Source: a virus
Lineage: Duplodnaviria > Caudoviricetes
DNA: 46,141 nt
Reading direction: 5' to 3' (one strand)
IMG/VR virus record: IMGVR_UViG_3300028384_000756
Coordinates: 1-46,141 of that record
Shown here: piece after piece, positions 37,801 through 45,122 of the stretch
Layout: the number at the start of each line of letters is the position of its first letter
Position numbering within the stretch: position 1 is the first letter of the stretch
The notes under the pieces: generated by a model
The model's input: only the letters and a program-made list of their open reading frames with translations
Database searches by the model: none
What the model was told of the DNA's origin: nothing
Translations under genes and position numbers: made by a program

Positions 37801-39385
37801 CTTTATCCTTATAAATATTATCTCTTAAATATTCGTACGTTGTCGGGAGTGTTTTTACATAATCTTCAAGCTGATCTGTTGTCTGTTTGTGCATTCCCCG
37901 AATTTCTTCTAAGAATTTTAAATTTCCTCTGTGTCTAACTTCTACATATTTTTTAGTACTAACTGGACGGAGTCCTAATCCTGCCATAATAAAGCAAGCA
38001 CCTTGATCTTCTTCCGTTAGATTGTGTTCAGTTAATCTTACAGTTAATGCATCTAGGTTTGAATGTTTTTTAACATCTGGACCTAAAATATCCGGCATAT
38101 AATTATTACGCTGTGTAGCCCAACGCCAGTAAGGCGTGTCTGTTCTTGTTCCTGCTGCATAGTGTAATGCTACAAAATCTCTAAATGTAGTAATTGTCTT
38201 TTGACACACAGCATTAAATGCATCACGTTCGATTTGTGTTGTATATCCTTCTCTTCTATTTAAAATATCAACTAAATGTATAATATTTTCGTGTGTAGTT
38301 AGCAAGCCTGTACTTTCTAATGGCTCTACAAATCCGTAACTTAATCCAATTCCTACTACATTTTTTGACCAAGCTCTTCTTCTACGACCATGTTTAATTT
38401 GTATAAAAAATGGTTCAACTTCGTCTAAATTTACATCAGGATATTCGTTGCGTAAGTGTTTTAAAAATTCTCTTAGTGCTGCTTCTTGGCTAGTAAATCT
38501 TGTACTAAACACATATCCTGTACCAATTCTATTCCATAACGGAATATTCCATACCCAGCCGTTTTCAAGTGCAGTGCAGTTAGTAACATTGTTTAATTGA
38601 GTTTCTTTATCAGTATATGGTATTCTAACAGCCCAAGCAGCATCGTTAGCTAACTTATCTTCAAACGGAAAAAACTGTTCTCCCATCCAATGTTCTAGCA
38701 ATAAAGATTTAAACCCTGTGCAGTCAATCCATAAGTCAGAGTATAATGTACTGCCATCTCTACACAAAATTCTTGTAATATTTTCTTTGTCGTCTACATC
38801 ATAAGAATGTACAGTTTGTTGAATATGCTTAACTCCGTTTGGAATACAAACTTCATTTTTTAAATATTCTCCAAATGCTGCTGCATCTAAATGATATGCC
38901 GTGTCGTTAGCAAAATCATAATTAGCACCTAATTTACCATTACTGTTATTATCTTCTCTATTGTGTGTAGCAAGTAGTGTATTTGACGGAGCATAAAATT
39001 TAGCAAAACTGTCAGGTCCAAATTCTTCCGGATACATTGCTGCTAGATCTCCCCAGTCAGCTAAACCGTTTGGCGCACAGCTATAATCAAAACCCGAAAT
39101 AAACGGATATTCAAAATGTGTTCCGTTATTCTTTCTAAAATTAGTAAAACGAATGGAATTCTTATATGTAGCATTACAAGCTGGCATCCAGTCTTCGTCT
39201 TTTAAATCTAGCATTTGTAAGTAAGTGTTAAAATGCCCTAGTGTGCTTTCGCCTACACCTACAGTAGGAATATTTTTAGATTCAACAACAGTTACTTCTA
39301 GATGTGGACATAATTTTGCAAGTGCTGCTGCTGTCATCCATCCGCTAGATCCGCCGCCAATAATAGTTACTGTTTTAATTTTCAT
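37790..39385 (-). CDS. Flavin-dependent halogenase 5
   Basis: GGGSSGW, VGVGEST, CNATYKNSIRF, WIDCTGF, GWVWNIP, GFVEPLESTGL. Confidence 0.93.
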   Translation of the reverse strand: MKIKTVTIIGGGSSGWMTAAALAKLCPHLEVTVVESKNIPTVGVGESTLGHFNTYLQMLDLKDEDWMPACNATYKNSIRFTNFRKNNGTHFEYPFISGFDYSCAPNGLADWGDLAAMYPEEFGPDSFAKFYAPSNTLLATHNREDNNSNGKLGANYDFANDTAYHLDAAAFGEYLKNEVCIPNGVKHIQQTVHSYDVDDKENITRILCRDGSTLYSDLWIDCTGFKSLLLEHWMGEQFFPFEDKLANDAAWAVRIPYTDKETQLNNVTNCTALENGWVWNIPLWNRIGTGYVFSTRFTSQEAALREFLKHLRNEYPDVNLDEVEPFFIQIKHGRRRRAWSKNVVGIGLSYGFVEPLESTGLLTTHENIIHLVDILNRREGYTTQIERDAFNAVCQKTITTFRDFVALHYAAGTRTDTPYWRWATQRNNYMPDILGPDVKKHSNLDALTVRLTEHNLTEEDQGACFIMAGLGLRPVSTKKYVEVRHRGNLKFLEEIRGMHKQTTDQLEDYVKTLPTTYEYLRDNIYKDKDES

Positions 39386-39413
39386 GTAGAGCTGCTCCGT
39401 TTGTTAACGTAAA

Positions 39414-39421
39414 TATTTATA
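39414..39421 (-). promoter_or_regulatory. T4-type late promoter TATAAATA heading the minus-strand halogenase/oxygenase operon
   Basis: Exact TATAAATA, downstream of a terminator and upstream of a GGAG RBS and ATG 39385. Confidence 0.8.
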
Positions 39422-39442
39422 GTACTAAATTTATATAGAGAC

Positions 39443-39474
39443 AAAAAAAGAGCGCAAGAAAATGCGCCCTTTTT
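39443..39474 (-). terminator. Rho-independent terminator (possibly bidirectional) ending the fibre operon
   Basis: Minus strand AAAAAGGGCGCA-TTTTCT-TGCGCTCTTTTTTT. Confidence 0.85.
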
Positions 39475-39485
39475 ATTTTTTAAAA

Positions 39486-39710
39486 TTATTCTACTCTAAA
39501 ACTGGGTCCTGTAGTTGACCATTTATCGTTTTTTGGTCCTGTAGCATAATATGTCATATCAGCTATATTGTAAGTCATTGTAACTTCTGTGTCGTAAAGT
39601 TCTATGACTATATGAGACTTTTTTTCAAAACTAACTAGCGGAACTTCTAAGTTATGACCTTTGTTTACATTATGTATTTTTACTGGACTACATGCAACTA
39701 AATTAGGCAT
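39486..39710 (-). CDS. Hypothetical protein, 74 aa
   Basis: TAATG-coupled to the upstream gene; ends just before the terminator. Confidence 0.65.
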   Translation of the reverse strand: MPNLVACSPVKIHNVNKGHNLEVPLVSFEKKSHIVIELYDTEVTMTYNIADMTYYATGPKNDKWSTTGPSFRVE

Positions 39711-40234
39711 TATGCTTCCTCCCCTGGTTGAATATCTCTTGGCTGAGCCGATGCTGACCAGCCATCATAGTGTAACCATGGTGGATCATCTTCAGTTCCT
39801 AGTTTTGGTTGCTCGTCTGCTGACGGTTCCATTACTGCCATTAGAGCCATTTGCTCTTCTGGGCTCAGTGCTTCTACATCTGCCTCTGGTGCAGGAATTG
39901 TGTTTTTAACTAGTGTAATATGACTAGCCCAAGGACCACTAGAACTAATAGTTCCTGTATCCTGTAGCTCATGATATAACATATCTAATTGTTCTTCTAC
40001 TGTACCGTATGCAACTTTTCTTGCAATACCATTATCCGATGGCGGAGCATCACGCTCAACCCATATACTTCTTCCTTGACTTGGACTATATTCCATTGTC
40101 CAATCAAGTGTAACTTCGTCAGGTGCATCAACCCATACAAACTTAGCGTCTGGACCGTCATACACCGGAAACTCATCGCCAGGTTCTTCAATTTGGTGAA
40201 TGTACCCTTGATAACCTAATAATACTTTCTTCAT
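39710..40234 (-). CDS. Tail fibre assembly/chaperone-like protein
   Basis: R..AY..V.EQLDMLYH....G......W..HI..VK...P.P motif typical of fibre-associated proteins; directly follows the Gly-rich fibre genes. Confidence 0.6.
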   Translation of the reverse strand: MKKVLLGYQGYIHQIEEPGDEFPVYDGPDAKFVWVDAPDEVTLDWTMEYSPSQGRSIWVERDAPPSDNGIARKVAYGTVEEQLDMLYHELQDTGTISSSGPWASHITLVKNTIPAPEADVEALSPEEQMALMAVMEPSADEQPKLGTEDDPPWLHYDGWSASAQPRDIQPGEEA

Positions 40235-41089
40235 TTATCTATACTCCGTAATAACTACCATGCCGTTAATGCCGTTAGAGCCGCGGTGTCCGTGAAAGTA
40301 TCCACCAGTTCCTCCTGCGCCTCTTCCTCCATGTCCTTCATGTCTGTGACTAAAATGTCCACCTTGTGGGTGTCCTGATGCAATAGAACCGCCCCAATAA
40401 CTTGTGCCGCCAGGGCCAAAACTTTGGTGGTGACTTCCTCCGCCTGCACAATATATATTTAAATTGCCGCCTGAACCAACTCCTGAAAGTCCTCCGGAAT
40501 GTTGATTGTTGCGGTTTGCACCTCTACCGCCCGAAGCAGAACAATAATTACCAAATGATGAACCATTAGCGTTGCCGCCTCGATTTGCATAGTATGTTCC
40601 GCTGCCTGCTCCACCTACACCAACAGATACTGAACTTACACCGGTAACATCAATAATGCGTTCTGAGTAGCCACCTGCACCGCCACTTTCTCCGTGGCCG
40701 CTTGCGCCACCTCCGGCACCTTGAACCTGAACGTGAATGTATCTAACGCCACTTGGTTTATTCCAAGTGCCGCCACCTGTAAATACTTGCATACTCCTAA
40801 TACCGTATTCGCTATATGTAAATGCGCTACCTGCACTGTTAGATGCAAGTGAAGTATTAGCAGATCCTACACTAGTTAGTCCTGTGCCGCCTTTACCTAA
40901 TGGTGTTGTTCCTGTAACTTTATTACTACCTAAGTCAACTGAACTATTTGCAAGTTTGTCCGACGTAACTGCACCATTTGCAACTTTAGTATTATCAACT
41001 TGTCCGGGTGCAATATCATCTCGAGTTACTGTACCGGTTAGGACTGCTGCGTTAGTTAGTCTTTTTAGTGATTGATAACTGAATGCCAT
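40235..41089 (-). CDS. Glycine-rich short fibre/adhesin paralogue C, 284 aa; start revised to MAFSYQSLKRLT
   Basis: N-terminus aligns with the two upstream paralogues; VT..K.A...V repeats; F.GGGTW.KPSGV..I.V.V.GAGGG...G.VVI.EY glycine-rich domain. Confidence 0.8.
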   Translation of the reverse strand: MAFSYQSLKRLTNAAVLTGTVTRDDIAPGQVDNTKVANGAVTSDKLANSSVDLGSNKVTGTTPLGKGGTGLTSVGSANTSLASNSAGSAFTYSEYGIRSMQVFTGGGTWNKPSGVRYIHVQVQGAGGGASGHGESGGAGGYSERIIDVTGVSSVSVGVGGAGSGTYYANRGGNANGSSFGNYCSASGGRGANRNNQHSGGLSGVGSGGNLNIYCAGGGSHHQSFGPGGTSYWGGSIASGHPQGGHFSHRHEGHGGRGAGGTGGYFHGHRGSNGINGMVVITEYR

Positions 41090-41093
41090 AACG

Positions 41094-41101
41094 TATTTAT
41101 A
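41094..41101 (-). promoter_or_regulatory. T4-type late promoter TATAAATA 4 nt upstream of the paralogue C ATG
   Basis: Minus strand aaggaTATAAATAcgttATG. Confidence 0.65.
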
Positions 41102-41105
41102 TCCT

Positions 41106-41960
41106 TTAGTAGTACATAACGACAACTACCATGCCGTTTCTGCCATTTGCGCCTCTGTGTCCATTAAAATAACCGCCTGAGCCTCCAGCACCTGGTGATG
41201 CATGACTTTCATGCCTGTGACTGAAATGTCCACCTTGTGGATGTCCAGCTGCTACTGCACCTCCCCAATAATTTTGTCCACCTACCGACGAACGTGTGTG
41301 ATGCGGTTGTCCGCCACCTCCGTAAATATTTAAATTACCACCTGAGCCAACTCCGCCTAGACCGCCTGAGTGCTGATTATTTCTGTTTGCTCCACGTCCG
41401 CCACTTGCTGAGCAATAGTTGCCAAATGAGCTACCGTTTGCATTGCCGCCTGCACCTGAGTAGTATGTGCCACTGCCTGCACCACCTATACTTACGCTTA
41501 CGCTGTTAACGCCGCTAACATCAATAATACGTTCTGAGTAGCCGCCTGCGCCGCCACTTTCGCCGTGTCCTGAGCCGCCACCCCCTGCACCTTGTACTTG
41601 AACTTTTACATAACGAACACCACTTGGTTTATTCCAAGTGCCGCCACCTGTATAAACGCTCATACCATAGATGCCATGATTACTAAATGTTGTTCCATTG
41701 CCAGCACTGTTAACTGTAAATAGTTGTCCTGCGCTTCCGACACTATTTCTGCCAGTTCCGCCTTTACTTGTAGGCGTAACTCCTGTAACAACGTTAGTGC
41801 CCATATTAACAGCATTTGTATCTAATTTTGCCGATGTAACATTAGCACCGACAATTTTTGCATTAGATACAGAACCGTCAGCTAAGTCAGCTGCCGTTAA
41901 ACTATCATCTACAATCGCTGTTCCTGTTATTCGCTTTAATGTTTGATAACTAAATGCCAT
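41106..41960 (-). CDS. Glycine-rich short fibre/adhesin paralogue B, 284 aa
   Basis: Same architecture as its neighbours; GHPQGGHFSHRHE motif. Confidence 0.8.
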   Translation of the reverse strand: MAFSYQTLKRITGTAIVDDSLTAADLADGSVSNAKIVGANVTSAKLDTNAVNMGTNVVTGVTPTSKGGTGRNSVGSAGQLFTVNSAGNGTTFSNHGIYGMSVYTGGGTWNKPSGVRYVKVQVQGAGGGGSGHGESGGAGGYSERIIDVSGVNSVSVSIGGAGSGTYYSGAGGNANGSSFGNYCSASGGRGANRNNQHSGGLGGVGSGGNLNIYGGGGQPHHTRSSVGGQNYWGGAVAAGHPQGGHFSHRHESHASPGAGGSGGYFNGHRGANGRNGMVVVVMYY

Positions 41961-41972
41961 TCTAAATCCTTA

Positions 41973-42821
41973 TTAATAATACATGGTTACAACAACCATT
42001 CCTCTTAAACCGTTAGAGCCTCTATGTCCGTGGAAGTAACCGCCTGAGCCTCCAGCACCTGGAGCGCCGTGTCCTTCGTGTCTGTGACTAAAATGTCCAC
42101 CTTGTGGATGTCCGCCTGCAATAGCTCCTCCCCAAAACGTACTTCCGCCGATGCCTGTACGTTGGTGATGACTGCCACCTCCGCCGCCATACATGTTTAA
42201 ATTACCGCCCGAGCCAACTCCACCTAAGCCACCCGAGTGTTGATTATTTCTGTTTGCTCCACGTCCGCCACTTGCACTACAATAGTTGCCAAAAGATGTT
42301 CCGCCGGCATTACCACCTGCACCTGAGTAGTATGTGCCACTGCCTTGGCCGCTAATACTAATACTTACTGAACTAATTCCAGTTACATCTAAAATTCTTT
42401 CCGAATAGCCACCACAACCACCGCTTTCGCCGTGACCACTTGCTCCGCCGCCGGATGCTTGTACTTGTACCTTGATATATCTTACGTTGCTAGGTCTAGT
42501 CCAGGTGCCGCTACTAGTCCATACTTGCATACCATATATGCCGTGTGGTCGTGTTGTTAATCCTGATCCATTACTTACAATAGCTTGGTTAGCACCGCTA
42601 AAACTACTTGTTCCTAATCCACCTTTTGAAATAGGTAGTGTTCCTGTAACAACATTTGTTGTAGTATTAACTGCGTTTGTAGCAAGTTTACTAGCTGTAA
42701 TTGCATTGTTTGCAATCGTTCCGGTATCTATTGTTGTATCAGCAAGATTGGCATTACTGATAGTTTCAGATAAAAATGCGTCTCCGGTTAATCTTTTTAA
42801 CGATTGGTAACTAAATGCCAT
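41973..42821 (-). CDS. Glycine-rich short fibre/adhesin paralogue A, 282 aa
   Basis: Same architecture as its neighbours; GHPQGGHFSHRHE motif. Confidence 0.8.
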   Translation of the reverse strand: MAFSYQSLKRLTGDAFLSETISNANLADTTIDTGTIANNAITASKLATNAVNTTTNVVTGTLPISKGGLGTSSFSGANQAIVSNGSGLTTRPHGIYGMQVWTSSGTWTRPSNVRYIKVQVQASGGGASGHGESGGCGGYSERILDVTGISSVSISISGQGSGTYYSGAGGNAGGTSFGNYCSASGGRGANRNNQHSGGLGGVGSGGNLNMYGGGGGSHHQRTGIGGSTFWGGAIAGGHPQGGHFSHRHEGHGAPGAGGSGGYFHGHRGSNGLRGMVVVTMYY

Positions 42822-42831
42822 ATTATTATCC

Positions 42832-43284
42832 TTAAATTGCTTCTACTGTCCAGCCTCTGCTGCTATCATAATATACAAGTGTAACTGATGCACCATTTGT
42901 GTCTAGTGCCATATCGTCTGTTGCTCCCATAATACGATTACCGTTACGTGCAACTGTAATATTTGAACTTTGGATATTACCTGTAGTATCTGTAATTTTA
43001 ATAGTATCGTATGGGTTTGGATTTGACGGTAATGTAAGTGTAATACCGTTACCAGTTACCCAATAATTTCTATTTGATACCAATGTTGTGTTACTGTTAA
43101 CACCTGAAATTGGTAGTGTATCTCTAACAGGATGCCAGCCAGAACCGTTATAAATTTCTAACTGATCAGTATCAGTATTATAAAACTGTACACCAGCATT
43201 TGTACTGGTAGGTCTATCTGACTGACGACCAATTAGTGTTTTTAAATTACTAGGATAAATTCCTAAACTAACGTTTCTGCCCAT
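42832..43284 (-). CDS. Small fibre/baseplate connector protein (gp9/gp10/gp34-type repeat)
   Basis: YNTDTDQLEIYNGSGW and ITLTLPSNP...DTI.I.D...NITVARNG..I.G...D..LD......TLVY....GW. Confidence 0.7.
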   Translation of the reverse strand: MGRNVSLGIYPSNLKTLIGRQSDRPTSTNAGVQFYNTDTDQLEIYNGSGWHPVRDTLPISGVNSNTTLVSNRNYWVTGNGITLTLPSNPNPYDTIKITDTTGNIQSSNITVARNGNRIMGATDDMALDTNGASVTLVYYDSSRGWTVEAI

Positions 43285-43296
43285 TATAATTCCCCG

Positions 43297-43617
43297 TTAT
43301 GCTGTTGCTGTTTCTAAACCGTAAACCATAGCGCCTGCACTTGCAGCACTTGATCTAACAATTACATTACGATCAGCTTCTACAACAACACCTGTTCTTT
43401 CAAGTACACCGCCTGGTAATACTTGTGCTTCGAATTCAATATACTCACTGTTAGCAGGTGTGTTTGTTTCCGCTAGTGCAACTCTTACTGTAGCTGTACT
43501 CGAGCCTCTATTAACAATGTTAATAGTAATTACTGCAAAGTGATCTGCAGGCACTGTATACACGATTGTGTCAGTAGCTGCTGCTAAATCGTTTGCTCCT
43601 AATACTCCATTTGCCAT
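43297..43617 (-). CDS. Small virion structural protein, 106 aa
   Basis: L.AAT.T.VYTVPA...NI.NR...VRVA beta-rich pattern; GGAG RBS. Confidence 0.65.
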   Translation of the reverse strand: MANGVLGANDLAAATDTIVYTVPADHFAVITINIVNRGSSTATVRVALAETNTPANSEYIEFEAQVLPGGVLERTGVVVEADRNVIVRSSAASAGAMVYGLETATA

Positions 43618-43634
43618 TTTTTAAATCTCCAATC

Positions 43635-45122
43635 TTATCTCAAGAAATAGTTGTATGCTATCGGTAAACCAAGTACAGTTTTAGTAAAGTTTACGTTCGC
43701 ATTGATATTTATCTTCTCTCCTGACACCGTTGTAATTTGGTTGGTATTTACAAAGATGTCGCCAGCTGTAACACTGTTAACGTTCAACTGCGCACCGCCG
43801 CCGCCAATTTGTGCTTCGATGTATGCTTTAACTGCTCGCTGCGTCGGAACAACATTGTCGCTGTTTGCAGTAAAGAACGGGTCTGTACTAAACTCACTAA
43901 CCGCAGCAGAGTTACCACCTAGTGTAACTTCACCTAGTGTAAGTTCTTGTAGACCTGCAATATTAAATGCATCAGCGTTCAATGTTGCAACACCAGTAGC
44001 CTGTTCAATCTGGAACAAGTCACCAACTCTAAAGTTACCGTCTTGGTCAGTTGATGTAAAGAACACTCGTCCGCCATTTGCATTTTGTGTTTCTTTATCT
44101 GCATCAGGTTGTATAGCAGGCAGGCCTGGATAGTTTGTACTTACAAAGCCGCCAGTACCAATATCTAGGAAGTCGTGTCCTGTTAGACGTACCTGACTAA
44201 ATCTAATACGCATCGTAACAGGATCTGCATCATCTGGTGCATCAGCAATACTCATTTCTGGTGATAACTGCAAGAATGCTGTATACGAACCGTCATTAGT
44301 ACCTCTAAATGATACAGTATTAACCAGTTTAAATGTTTTATTTGGCACACTATCAAATACAATGTTTGAACCTGCTACTGGACGTTCTGTTAATCTTCTT
44401 ACAGCAATAAATTGTCCGTTTTGGAAGAAGTCTGCACCACCATTTGAAAACTCATCGTTTACTTCGGCACTTGCCTGAATAAAGTTTGAACCTCTGTTAA
44501 TCCAAGTCGGATTACCTAGTACACCGTTGCCTCTTCTTACAACTAGTTCAACATCGTCGATTGCACCTGGATCAGTTAGTGTTATAGTAGGTAATGCACC
44601 TGTGTAGTTCGAACCAGGTTCAAGCATTCTAATCTCAAACACTTTTTCACTTGCAACACTTGCTCTACCACGTGCTCTTGCACCAATTAATCCAACATAT
44701 GCATTAGTTCCGTTGTTTGCAGATGATACAAATTTGCCTAATTGATCTGGATTACCAAATGAAATTGTTTGTCCAAATGTTCCACCAATATTTGTCCATG
44801 AAAGTCCATCTTCTGATTTATACAGGAAGCCTGTGCTAGTATTACTGTTAGCAATTACAAACACACCCTGACCGTATACTAGTCGTGTTGTAGTTAGAGC
44901 ACCTAAATCTCCTGCGCCGTCATACCAAGTGTCGCCGTCTAAACTATAACCAACTTGACCAGTATTTGACACTGCTAAGAATCTTCCGTTGCCCCAAGCA
45001 ATATCTGCCCAGTTTGCTGCTGATAAATTTGTTATATCGCTTGCTTGATTCCATGTAATACCTAAGTCATCTGACCAAGCAATGTTTGTTGTACCTGGAT
45101 CAACTGCTACAAACAGTCCCAT
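43635..45122 (-). CDS. C-terminal part of a very large virion/baseplate structural protein (downstream frame of a split gene)
   Basis: Asp-box/beta-propeller repeats (AWGNGRF.AV...YS.DG..W) and GHDFLDIGTG...GGRVFFTSTDQDGNFRVG.LF.IEQATG..T. The frame is open upstream of the annotated Met (SGYQKVAYG-MGLFVAV). Confidence 0.8.
   Translation of the reverse strand: MGLFVAVDPGTTNIAWSDDLGITWNQASDITNLSAANWADIAWGNGRFLAVSNTGQVGYSLDGDTWYDGAGDLGALTTTRLVYGQGVFVIANSNTSTGFLYKSEDGLSWTNIGGTFGQTISFGNPDQLGKFVSSANNGTNAYVGLIGARARGRASVASEKVFEIRMLEPGSNYTGALPTITLTDPGAIDDVELVVRRGNGVLGNPTWINRGSNFIQASAEVNDEFSNGGADFFQNGQFIAVRRLTERPVAGSNIVFDSVPNKTFKLVNTVSFRGTNDGSYTAFLQLSPEMSIADAPDDADPVTMRIRFSQVRLTGHDFLDIGTGGFVSTNYPGLPAIQPDADKETQNANGGRVFFTSTDQDGNFRVGDLFQIEQATGVATLNADAFNIAGLQELTLGEVTLGGNSAAVSEFSTDPFFTANSDNVVPTQRAVKAYIEAQIGGGGAQLNVNSVTAGDIFVNTNQITTVSGEKININANVNFTKTVLGLPIAYNYFLR

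Noticed and set aside
22562-39385. Bacterial secondary-metabolite cluster or chimeric contig
   Set aside because: It has the same AT-rich composition and phage late-promoter motifs as its flanks, tight phage-style gene overlaps, and no scaffold synthase, regulator or transporter.
40235-42821. CRISPR array or diversity-generating retroelement repeats
   Set aside because: The repeats are in-frame paralogous coding sequence with no regular spacers and no adenine-specific mismatch pattern. There is no reverse transcriptase or cas gene in the window.
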